Below, in pieces: positions 6,433 through 14,810 of a DNA stretch of 32,000 nt. This stretch comes from Candidatus Saccharimonadota bacterium (GTDB lineage: Bacteria; Patescibacteriota; Microgenomatia; UBA1406; GWC2-37-13). The notes beneath the pieces were generated by a model. It did not search any database, was not told the DNA's origin, and saw only the letters and a list, made by a program, of their open reading frames with translations. Made by a program: the position numbers and the translations under genes. The stretch spans positions 240,001 to 272,000 of the forward strand of contig CP065004.1 in the NCBI GenBank assembly GCA_016700135.1, read 5' to 3'. Positions within the stretch are counted from its first letter, which is position 1, and every line of letters starts with the position of its first letter.

Positions 6433-6870
6433 ATGAATGAACTGCAGTTTTCAATACAGATACACGCTCCGAAAGAAAAGGTTTGGGAGACCCTGTGGCA
6501 GGATAAAACGTTTCGCTTATGGGCAGACCTCATTGATCCCGGGACATACATGAAGGGAGACATGAAAGAAGGTAACGAAATTCAGTTTATATCATCCGAA
6601 AACGGATATGGCGTCACAAGTTTGGTTGAAAAGGTTGTCATCGGAGAGTATTTATTGCTCAGACACAGTGCGGATACACAGGAAAAAGGGAAACGGGAGC
6701 GTGAAAAAGAATGGACCGGAGGTAAAGAGTGCTATACACTTGACGAAAAAGACGGCATTACGAATCTAACCGTTTCATTTGATGTTCCTCCTGATCTGGA
6801 AACGTATTTCAAAGTCAATTATCCAAAAGCAATGGAACGCATCAAAGAAATGGCGGAAAGAAAAAAGTAA
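6433..6870 (+). CDS. SRPBCC / AHSA1-like (START-fold) protein
   Basis: FSIQIHAPKEKVWETLWQDKTFRLWA is a typical SRPBCC N-terminus. I chose ATG 6433 because the longer ORF overlaps tRNA-His. TACAAT 6421-6426 lies 6 nt upstream. Confidence 0.65.
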   Translation: MNELQFSIQIHAPKEKVWETLWQDKTFRLWADLIDPGTYMKGDMKEGNEIQFISSENGYGVTSLVEKVVIGEYLLLRHSADTQEKGKREREKEWTGGKECYTLDEKDGITNLTVSFDVPPDLETYFKVNYPKAMERIKEMAERKK

Positions 6871-6978
6871 CATGTATCAATAAAACTTCTTCTCTCACTT
6901 CTCTTACTTAAGATTTACTTCTTTATAAAAATCGCGGCTTATTATTCTTCTGGATCATAGTCACATTATTTTTACATT

Positions 6979-7350
6979 ATGCAATCACCAATAACCAAAT
7001 ATAGTTATCTGTGGGTTACCCTATTTCTTTTCCTTATCAGTATAACCGGTCATTGGTTATTTGCATGGAATGCATATGTAAACGAACAGAGTAGTGAAAG
7101 AAAACCGGTGGAGGTAAGCGATTATCTAATCGAAGTCTCACGTGATACTCTTGAGAACTGGCAATCAGAATTTCTGCAGTTGATCTGGCAAGTGGCCGGT
7201 CTTTCATTTTTGTATTTTGTCGGTTCCCCTCAATCAAAAGAAGGAGACGATCGAAAAGAGGAGAAGCTGGATCTTATTCTAAAGAAAATTGACCCGAAGA
7301 ATGCGGATAAAGAACTGGCACAGCTTACCCGTAAATATCCTAAAAAATGA
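6979..7350 (+). CDS. Small two-TM membrane protein (DUF6766-like, from memory)
   Basis: 123 aa with two hydrophobic spans (YLWVTLFLFLISITGHWLF, LQLIWQVAGLSFLYFV) and a charged C-terminal tail. Confidence 0.5.
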   Translation: MQSPITKYSYLWVTLFLFLISITGHWLFAWNAYVNEQSSERKPVEVSDYLIEVSRDTLENWQSEFLQLIWQVAGLSFLYFVGSPQSKEGDDRKEEKLDLILKKIDPKNADKELAQLTRKYPKK

Positions 7351-7361
7351 TATCGAAATCA

Positions 7362-7390
7362 TTGACAAGACAATCCGCCATACATATAAT
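7362..7390 (+). promoter_or_regulatory. Consensus sigma70 promoter of the T-box/proB transcript
   Basis: TTGACA 7362-7367, exactly 17-nt spacer, TATAAT 7385-7390. Confidence 0.8.
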
Positions 7391-7396
7391 AGTCAT

Positions 7397-7640
7397 ACAA
7401 AGCGTTTGAGTCCGGTCTCCCGCCGGACAAGCTGCATGCGACTACAAGCATGACGGAAGCTTTACCGTATCGACTATAAGACGAACAGCCACAGGCTGAA
7501 AACAAAGCACCCGGTGTCATTCGATGGAGCCGGGAAGGGAGCTCAGAATAGCAATATTCTGGGGAAAGCAAGGTGGTAACACGATAATTAGAAACCTCGT
7601 CCTTGCTCACCTGCATGGTGGGTAGTGACGAGGTTTTTTT
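7397..7640 (+). promoter_or_regulatory. T-box riboswitch leader (tRNA-sensing)
   Basis: T-box sequence AAAGCAAGGUGGUAACACG at 7565-7583. Antiterminator: AGCAAG 7567-7572 pairs with CUUGCU 7602-7607, the bulge GUGGUAA holds UGGU, and ACGA 7581-7584 pairs with UCGU 7597-7600. This competes with the terminator. A Stem III hairpin CAGAAUA-GCAA-UAUUCUG lies at 7544-7561. Confidence 0.75.
7592..7640 (+). terminator. T-box terminator / SD-sequestering helix
   Basis: aaacctcgtc (7592-7601) pairs perfectly with gacgaggttt (7627-7636). Seven T follow, and the ATG comes immediately after at 7641. GAGG 7630-7633 (the probable SD) lies in the 3' arm. Confidence 0.75.
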
Positions 7641-8426
7641 ATGGAACAATTACGATCCGCCGAACGGGAACGATTTATCTCAAAACGTGTTGTTGTGAAA
7701 ATCGGAAGCAGCACCATTACGGGAGGACTGGAGAGCCCGGACAAAGAATTTATTGAGAATATCGCCTCACAGATTTCTGTACTCAAAAACGAAGGTCTTG
7801 ATATTTATGTTGTAAGCTCCGGAGCCGTCGCATGCGGAAGATCTTTTGTCCAGGATTATGATGCCGGCAATCTTGCACACCGACAGATTGCAGCGGCAAT
7901 TGGGCAGCCTTTACTCATGAGCTACTGGGCTCAGGGACTTTCTTCACGGAATCTCGTGCCTGCACAAATTCTCGTCACCGATCAGACTCTCAGACAGGCA
8001 CACCAACTTCTCAGGCAGATGCAGCCTCATCAGGTACCGATTATCAACGCAAATGATGCGGTATCAGACTTTGAAATGCGCCAGTGGATGCAGATCTCAG
8101 GAGATAATGATGTTCTGGCGGGACAGGTAGCTCTTGAAACCGGCTGTGATACCGTGTATCTTCTTACGGACGTTTCAGGAGTCCTCGACAATCAGGGGCA
8201 ACTTATATCTGCAATTGATTTGCAGTATCCGCTACCAAGAATTGAGTTTAACGGAACATCCAAGACCGGTACAGGAGGTATGGCTTCAAAACATAATGTA
8301 GCATTGAACCTTGCCCAACAGAATATCCGTACAATAATCGGAAACGGAAGAGAACCGAATTTGGTTATCAATGGTTCAAAAGGACTGACGGTAGGAACAA
8401 CTTACTTGCCGTATCTTCACGAATGA
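7641..8426 (+). CDS. proB: Glutamate 5-kinase (amino-acid-kinase domain only, no PUA domain)
   Basis: VVKIGSSTITGG, VVSSGAVACGR, AAIGQ, INANDAV, GDNDVLA, LLTDVSG and GTGGMASK align with E. coli ProB motifs as I recall them. Confidence 0.8.
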   Translation: MEQLRSAERERFISKRVVVKIGSSTITGGLESPDKEFIENIASQISVLKNEGLDIYVVSSGAVACGRSFVQDYDAGNLAHRQIAAAIGQPLLMSYWAQGLSSRNLVPAQILVTDQTLRQAHQLLRQMQPHQVPIINANDAVSDFEMRQWMQISGDNDVLAGQVALETGCDTVYLLTDVSGVLDNQGQLISAIDLQYPLPRIEFNGTSKTGTGGMASKHNVALNLAQQNIRTIIGNGREPNLVINGSKGLTVGTTYLPYLHE

Positions 8427-10786
8427 ATTCCTAATTTTTGCAAAAAGGCATCAAGAAAAACCTGTAGGGCAGCCTGTTCATTTTCCTGCTGGAAAAAATT
8501 CATAATCTCGGTATGATCATATCCTGACTCACCGTAATTCGTGATTCGAAGAACAGGGCGACTGTTTGCCATAAAGTCACGATAGATAAGATCTGCAACT
8601 TCTCCGTTTTGAGCATGAGGTGTATCTTTGATATAGCGATAGTACTCAACAACTGCTTGAACAGAACGCCAGAATGAGGGTACAGAAACAGGTTTATGCT
8701 CATTCCCGGGATATTCACGAGTGACCAAAGAACGTTCAATAATCAGTGCTTTGTGCGCGATATCAGCATATACCGGCCCGCCGACACCGGCTTTCATATT
8801 TTCATCAATTTCATATGCCAAATAATGATCTCCGGCAAATTCAGAAGGAGCATGCTCCGCAAGCGGGCGGTTGCCTCTATATCCCATTTTGACAATTTTT
8901 CCTTCAAGACCTTCGTACCGTTTTCTTCCTGAGAATAAATTAAGTTCAAGGAAATGATTGTCCTGTCCTGTATCGGGGATCACACCGAGCATATGTTGCT
9001 CAAATGGAAGACCGAGCCAGTATGTCCCGCTATTTCTGAACATGTCCATGCCCAGATACTGTTCTTCAAGCTTGATCAGCCCACCGTTTATGGGATGATA
9101 GCCACTATAAAAAGCTCCCCAAGGATCTTCTCCCCCTGACCAGCTGCCGTCCTGCATGTAGCGGATAGTGCCGTCAGACTGGCGGACTTTTCTGTAATAG
9201 GATTGTCCCTGCTCCATGTAGTAATATGGCCATTCCTGACGTTTTCGAATCCCATCCAGATGAACTGTAGAGCAAACCGTATCCATCATGGGTGAACTGA
9301 GTTTCATATCATCCCCACCACCTGATGTTTTGTAGGTATCCACATCGAAATGAATCCGCTTGTCTTTGAGGTATTCCGGAAGTGCATCAGTGTTTACTGT
9401 GGTCATCTGGGAGGAGTACTTGAAATTGTCAGGGGCGCGAAGCTCCACTTTTCTCACACCGGCCATTGGGACATTTAAGCTAAAAAATCTCTTTGAGGAA
9501 TTACCGTACGCTGCAGTCTGAAAATAGACATTGGCATGATTGATCCGGCCTGATTCCATCATGAAAAAATCTGCGGCCGGAAATTCCTGTACTTCACCGT
9601 CATCAAATTCCAGAACTACCGTACTTGCTCCAAGCTGATATTCTTCTCCTCCCTCAACGATACAACCAAATGAGGAAGCAGTTCTGCCAGCTTCAACCGT
9701 CTGAACAAATTTGCCATTCCGGTCTTTCTTTTCAGTATGTTTCCCGACTTCTTCAACACCTTTGTGCGCTTCCAACATATCTGCAAACAGCTGAGAATAG
9801 TCCTGATTGTGACGCGCTTGTTCTGCAAGGTTACTCAACGTGCTGAATAGTTCACTGGATGTCGTGACTGCTTCGATTTCAGAAACACTCCGCTCAGACA
9901 TTTGAAAGTTGTACCAAAAATGTCTGTTATCCGTAAAAAAATTGTCGGATAAAAATATTTCCATCCCTTGAGATGAAATAAAAGGTATATTCGCAATAAA
10001 GGATTGTGCATCCTGAGCATTTTCAGGCGGATCAATATACGGCCTTGGAGCTGATATTGCGGTCTGATTTTTGAAAAATTCACGAAGCGGAATTTCAGTC
10101 ATTTCTCCGTCAGCAGTTCTGATGAAGAATGAAAAACCGGCAGGAAATTCGGTTTCCTGCGGATACATGGTAAACTGCATCGAGGTAATTTCACATCCTC
10201 CCGGCATCCCTGCGACTTTTCGCATCACCTTTTTTTTACCGTTTACTACTATCTCCTCAGGCAAAACTTCCTGTACCTTGCCTTCCGAATCCAGATAATA
10301 ATGCGGTTTATTCGCCCCCACTGCGGTTGCTGCATTGAGTACCTCTACCGCTTGAGCAGACTGAACTTCTCCCTGCATAGCACTTGCAACTGCAACTTTC
10401 GGAATACCACCGGTATTATCCCAGTTGCGCACTCCGACAACTTGAGCTCTCTGACTGGAAAAAAGTCTTCGACGCGGTGTCGGACACAAAAAAGGGTATA
10501 AACTTTCCGCAGCCATTGAGAAGTCATGAACAGCCTCAACTGGTGGGATTATTTCCAGATCTCCGGGTCTACCGTTTTTTGTAACCCATGGTAAATAAAC
10601 CGGATTTTCTAAAGGGGGAACAGGCGGAATGGTACCGTTTGCGCCTTGAGCTAAACCACTGGCAAATACCTGATCTCCCGGTACTCCATTTGCCCAAAGA
10701 TAGAGACCTCCTGCACCTAAGCCGGCTGCTGTTAAAAATTGTCTTCGACTAAGGCCTTGTCTGTTTTCCGGATTATTTTGTGACAT
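8417..10786 (-). CDS. Large Tat-signal secreted protein, function unknown (weak DUF2961/GH172-like jelly-roll motif, present twice)
   Basis: The N-terminus MSQNNPENRQGLSRRQFLTAAGLGAGGLYLWANG contains a canonical S-R-R-x-F-L twin-arginine motif. Total length 789 aa. The internal repeat is IRTADGEMTEIPLREFF versus LEFDDGEVQEFPAADFF. Confidence 0.7.
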   Translation of the reverse strand: MSQNNPENRQGLSRRQFLTAAGLGAGGLYLWANGVPGDQVFASGLAQGANGTIPPVPPLENPVYLPWVTKNGRPGDLEIIPPVEAVHDFSMAAESLYPFLCPTPRRRLFSSQRAQVVGVRNWDNTGGIPKVAVASAMQGEVQSAQAVEVLNAATAVGANKPHYYLDSEGKVQEVLPEEIVVNGKKKVMRKVAGMPGGCEITSMQFTMYPQETEFPAGFSFFIRTADGEMTEIPLREFFKNQTAISAPRPYIDPPENAQDAQSFIANIPFISSQGMEIFLSDNFFTDNRHFWYNFQMSERSVSEIEAVTTSSELFSTLSNLAEQARHNQDYSQLFADMLEAHKGVEEVGKHTEKKDRNGKFVQTVEAGRTASSFGCIVEGGEEYQLGASTVVLEFDDGEVQEFPAADFFMMESGRINHANVYFQTAAYGNSSKRFFSLNVPMAGVRKVELRAPDNFKYSSQMTTVNTDALPEYLKDKRIHFDVDTYKTSGGGDDMKLSSPMMDTVCSTVHLDGIRKRQEWPYYYMEQGQSYYRKVRQSDGTIRYMQDGSWSGGEDPWGAFYSGYHPINGGLIKLEEQYLGMDMFRNSGTYWLGLPFEQHMLGVIPDTGQDNHFLELNLFSGRKRYEGLEGKIVKMGYRGNRPLAEHAPSEFAGDHYLAYEIDENMKAGVGGPVYADIAHKALIIERSLVTREYPGNEHKPVSVPSFWRSVQAVVEYYRYIKDTPHAQNGEVADLIYRDFMANSRPVLRITNYGESGYDHTEIMNFFQQENEQAALQVFLDAFLQKLGIHS

Positions 10787-10953
10787 AGAAAATACGTACT
10801 ATAACGATGGCATATTGTACCTCATAATATAAGAATTACACACTTAAAATACATACGAAATACATCTATTCTTGCACTTTTGAAAATGATATAGTAATTT
10901 TTATAGTTAAATCATTTGACATTTCATACGTTTTACGTTTAGATTGAAAGGAC

Positions 10954-11223
10954 ATGAAACAGTATTTTGTATACATCATTCAATGCAAAGACAACTCTTT
11001 TTATGTCGGTATTACGACTGATTTAAACCGCCGGATCAGACAGCACAACGGAATTATCAGCGGAGGTGCAAAATATACCCGGATGAAGAAACCGGTCATA
11101 CTTCGTTATTATGAAGTCTCTACAGACAGAAGCAAAGCACTAAAACGGGAATACTATATCAGAAACCTCTCACATGCTGAGAAATCAAAACTGTGTGACA
11201 ACTTTACATGTATAAATCGCTAA
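10954..11223 (+). CDS. Mini GIY-YIG nuclease-domain protein (89 aa), second copy
   Basis: FVYIIQCKDNSFYVGITTDLNRRIRQHN. An RBS GAAAGGA precedes the ATG, and TTGACA lies at 10916-10921. Confidence 0.8.
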   Translation: MKQYFVYIIQCKDNSFYVGITTDLNRRIRQHNGIISGGAKYTRMKKPVILRYYEVSTDRSKALKREYYIRNLSHAEKSKLCDNFTCINR

Positions 11224-11227
11224 GCGA

Positions 11228-13219
11228 TTATGAGATGTGCGGTTGTAAAAAGGCTTCCTGCAGCGGAAGGGAAAAGGAGAATGTTGATCCTTCACCTTTC
11301 TTGCTGGTTGCCCATATTTTTCCGCCGTGTCGGTTGATTATCTCACGGGAAATATACAAGCCGATTCCCAATCCCGAGAAGCTGTTTGAAGATGATTCCA
11401 CCCGATAAAAGCGATTAAAAAGATTTTTTTGATCTTTCTTAGAAATCCCGATGCCTTCATCGGTAATGCTGACCACCACAGAGTTACCTTCTTTTTTCAC
11501 CTGCACCTCTACTTTATTTCCGTTTGGAGAGTATTTAATCGCATTGGTAATAAGATTGGTAAGTACCTGTTCCAGACGGTTACGGTCAATACGAAGGACT
11601 TCATTGATGCGTCCGTGATATACAATCGAATGTCTTGAACTGAAATGCCTGATGCTTTCGATACTTTCTTCAATAAATGCGTCAAAATCAACTGCTTCAT
11701 AGTTCATGACCAGTTTCCCAGCCTGAATTTTTGACACATCCAGAAGCTCAACAATCAGGCTGTTAAGGCGTTCTACGTATGTGTTCGTTTTTTTGAGATA
11801 GGTATGCAGACGCTGGTCTCCCATTTGCTGGATAATACGTTCAAGAATCTGTGTATACCCTTTAATACTGGTAAGAGGAGTACGGAGTTCATGCGATGCG
11901 ATACTCATAAACTCATCTTTTTTCCTCTCGAGTTCTTTGCGTGCCGTGATGTCAAGCGCGAAGGCAAGCACTTCTTCCGTTTCGCGATTCAGCATAACAG
12001 CCCCTACAATCGCAGAAACCCGACCGCCGTCTTTCTTAAAATATTCTTTTTCATAAGGGTAAGCAATTCCCGTTTGCGATACTTCTTCGAAAGCACGAAG
12101 GTCAGCTCTCTCATACTCAGCAGGGGTGATATCTTCCCAGCGAATCGTCCTCTTTTCGAACTCCTTACGGGTATATCCGAGCATATTGAGGAATGCATCA
12201 TTGGCATTTACGATACTGCCGTTCATCCGCTCATACATCACGCCGATGATATTGGCATCATGCAGTGCTTTAAACTGTGATTGTGCCTTGCGAAGCTCAC
12301 CCTCTGTCTCATTTCGTTGTATCGCAAGAGAAATAATATTGGCAATCGATTGGAGATAATCAATATCCTCCCGCGTAAAGATCCTTTTTGTTTTCGTATG
12401 AACGCTTAAAACACCGTAAGTACCTTCATTTCTGCACAAAATCACACTCATTCCGCTTATGATCTTATGTTGGGTCAACATATTCGGACCGGTTACTCTT
12501 TTTTCGGTGCGCAGGTCATCCACAATTACCGGTTTTTTTGATTTCAGTGCATATGCTGCCTGCGAGTGAGAATCTTTTTCTATAATAGTGTTGTGAGTAA
12601 TCGTCTTTTTATTCCAACCGAAGCCGGCACGAAGCATCATGCACTTGTTATCAGGCATCAGTTCGAGCACTTTGGCAGCATCGATTTGAAGCACTTCCCG
12701 TAACTGATCAACGGACAGCTGAAAGAGTTGGTAGATGTCATTTTCTGACAGCGCTTTACGACTGAGTTCGGAGATAGACAGTTGCCGGGACAATCGGGAT
12801 CTGAGCATCTCCTCCGTTTTTATTCGTTGGGTAATATCTCTCATGGCACCGATCAGCTTTTGGGCTTTACCTTGAGAATTTCTGATAATGCAGGCAGTAT
12901 CAGATACCCAGACTTCGGAATTGTCATCCAACAGAAAACGATACACCCCATGCCATTTCATTTTGTGTTTTGACTGTATTGCCCGGCGGATATCCTTTAC
13001 GATCCGCTTCCGGTCATCGGGATGAATACGGTTTTCCCACCAATCCACTTGAGGTATATCCTTCTTGCGGAAAGAGGAAAATACCTCAGAGGAACCAACG
13101 GATTTTTTCATGGTATGGGTTTTGAGATCCCATTCCCACAGTAGATCCGAAGTTAATTTTGCAATTTTTTTGTACGAATCACATTCGATTCCGCGTTTGT
13201 CGGATGAAGACTGAGACAT
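11228..13219 (-). CDS. Sensor histidine kinase (PAS-GAF-PAS-HisKA-HATPase)
   Basis: H-box SHELRTPLTSIKGY, N-box NAIKYSP, G1 DEGIGI, F-box FNRFYRV, G2 GLGIGLYISREII. I chose ATG 13219 over the TTG at 13246. No response regulator lies adjacent. Confidence 0.85.
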   Translation of the reverse strand: MSQSSSDKRGIECDSYKKIAKLTSDLLWEWDLKTHTMKKSVGSSEVFSSFRKKDIPQVDWWENRIHPDDRKRIVKDIRRAIQSKHKMKWHGVYRFLLDDNSEVWVSDTACIIRNSQGKAQKLIGAMRDITQRIKTEEMLRSRLSRQLSISELSRKALSENDIYQLFQLSVDQLREVLQIDAAKVLELMPDNKCMMLRAGFGWNKKTITHNTIIEKDSHSQAAYALKSKKPVIVDDLRTEKRVTGPNMLTQHKIISGMSVILCRNEGTYGVLSVHTKTKRIFTREDIDYLQSIANIISLAIQRNETEGELRKAQSQFKALHDANIIGVMYERMNGSIVNANDAFLNMLGYTRKEFEKRTIRWEDITPAEYERADLRAFEEVSQTGIAYPYEKEYFKKDGGRVSAIVGAVMLNRETEEVLAFALDITARKELERKKDEFMSIASHELRTPLTSIKGYTQILERIIQQMGDQRLHTYLKKTNTYVERLNSLIVELLDVSKIQAGKLVMNYEAVDFDAFIEESIESIRHFSSRHSIVYHGRINEVLRIDRNRLEQVLTNLITNAIKYSPNGNKVEVQVKKEGNSVVVSITDEGIGISKKDQKNLFNRFYRVESSSNSFSGLGIGLYISREIINRHGGKIWATSKKGEGSTFSFSLPLQEAFLQPHIS

Positions 13220-13377
13220 ATAAGTGTAAGACTTCAATTGAAACAACCTATTCCCTACATTTAATCCAATAATATCGCATAAACGTAAAGATTATGTAAA
13301 AACATACAAGCATGATTTTAACCGGAGTTATTTCTGATCTTCCTTTTATAAACTGCTTTTACAATACGATTATTCAT

Positions 13378-14256
13378 ATGAAGAAGCTGACTATTATCAT
13401 CAATCCGTCGTCCGGCCAGCCGCTTCCCGTCATTCCGCAAATCTCTGATTTTGCAGAGCAAAACCGTTTTTCCTGGGAAATACTCACCACGCGTAAGCAG
13501 GGTGACGCGTCCCTATTTGCAAAGCAGGCTTTGGAAAAAAGGGCTGATGTCGTACTTGTGTACGGAGGTGACGGAACCGTGATGGAAGTTGCCGAATCAT
13601 TGATGAACACAGAGACTCCTTTGTATATAATCCCTGGCGGAACGGCCAACATCCTGGCAAAAGAACTGCAGATTCCGCTGATGACAGAACAGGCGCTCAA
13701 GCTCCTGACAAATCCTGAAACAAACATAAAACGAATTGATATGGGAACGGTAAACAAAAAGCCGTTTATCCTCCGGGTAAATTCCGGCGTGCTTGCCGAT
13801 ATGATCATTGAGGCAGATCCAAATGCAAAAGTGAGCTTCGGACAGCTTGCTTATAGTTTCAGCGCCGTGCAGCAATTTGCAAATACTCAATCGATACAGT
13901 ACTCTATCACAATTGACGGGGAAACCGAAAGATTACAGGGAATCACGCTTACCATAGCCAACAGCGGCAATATCGGCTTTAGCGGAGTATCTTTCACGCC
14001 GGATATCAAAGTGGATGACGGTTTGCTCGATATACTCGTTCTCCGAGAGAATACCATCGGATCACTCGCCGGAGTCATCACGGGAGCGGTCATCAACAGG
14101 ACAATTCATGAACAACTTGCTCATTGGAGGGTCAAAAAAGCAACGATATCCATGCACCCCGGGCAATCGGTTCTTCGGGATGATGTTATGCTGAAGGAAA
14201 CGACACTCGAAATTGAAACTGTTCCTTCAGCGATAAGTATCGCCACACCGTTATAA
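13378..14256 (+). CDS. Diacylglycerol/lipid kinase family protein (YegS/DagK-like)
   Basis: MKKLTIIINPSSG and VYGGDGTVMEV are signature motifs. I chose ATG 13378 over 13312. Confidence 0.8.
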   Translation: MKKLTIIINPSSGQPLPVIPQISDFAEQNRFSWEILTTRKQGDASLFAKQALEKRADVVLVYGGDGTVMEVAESLMNTETPLYIIPGGTANILAKELQIPLMTEQALKLLTNPETNIKRIDMGTVNKKPFILRVNSGVLADMIIEADPNAKVSFGQLAYSFSAVQQFANTQSIQYSITIDGETERLQGITLTIANSGNIGFSGVSFTPDIKVDDGLLDILVLRENTIGSLAGVITGAVINRTIHEQLAHWRVKKATISMHPGQSVLRDDVMLKETTLEIETVPSAISIATPL

Positions 14257-14270
14257 TTATCGGATCATTT

Positions 14271-14810
14271 ATGAGACATGTTCGGAGTATCATCCTCTTT
14301 TTCCTGACTACTTTCGCCCGCTACACGGATCACCTGCACAGGGTGCTTTTCGGACTTCCTCAGATGGCAAGAAGTGAGATTACTCCTCAACTGTACTTGG
14401 GAGGTCAATACTCAAAACACGGATACCGGAAACTGCAGCAGATCGGCATTACGGCAATAGTGAATATGAGGGAAACACCGGCTTTGATATATCAGGATCT
14501 TCCTAAGCTTCGGATACTGCATTTGCCCACGAAGGATATGAATGAACCGACTATCACAGATCTCATAAACGGTATTCAGTTTATCCGGCAGGAACTTGAT
14601 CAAGGAGGAAAAGTGTATATCCACTGTCGGTTAGGTGAAGGACGCGGTCCGACCATGATGATTGCCTATCTGATGAGTACGGGACTGACTCCTGAGGATG
14701 CTTTCCGGCTTGTACAGAATGTCCGTCCGTTTATCAGACCGACAGCCTTGCAAATGGCTCAGCTTGCCAAACTCAATGAGATGATCATAACAAACTCGTT
14801 ATCCGCCTGA
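14271..14810 (+). CDS. Dual-specificity (Cys-based) phosphatase with a hydrophobic N-terminus
   Basis: P-loop HCRLGEGRG (C-x5-R). The N-terminal SIILFFLTTFA segment is a possible membrane anchor. Confidence 0.75.
   Translation: MRHVRSIILFFLTTFARYTDHLHRVLFGLPQMARSEITPQLYLGGQYSKHGYRKLQQIGITAIVNMRETPALIYQDLPKLRILHLPTKDMNEPTITDLINGIQFIRQELDQGGKVYIHCRLGEGRGPTMMIAYLMSTGLTPEDAFRLVQNVRPFIRPTALQMAQLAKLNEMIITNSLSA

Noticed and set aside
7359-7649. 96-aa minus-strand ORF covering the proB upstream region; I also considered RNase P, SRP or 6S RNA for this structured stretch.
   Set aside because: A plus-strand consensus promoter, the T-box motif and the antiterminator/terminator alternative explain the whole region. 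The ORF is Ser/Cys-rich with no RBS. I found no RNase P (GAGGAAAGUCCGG), SRP or tmRNA signature sequences.
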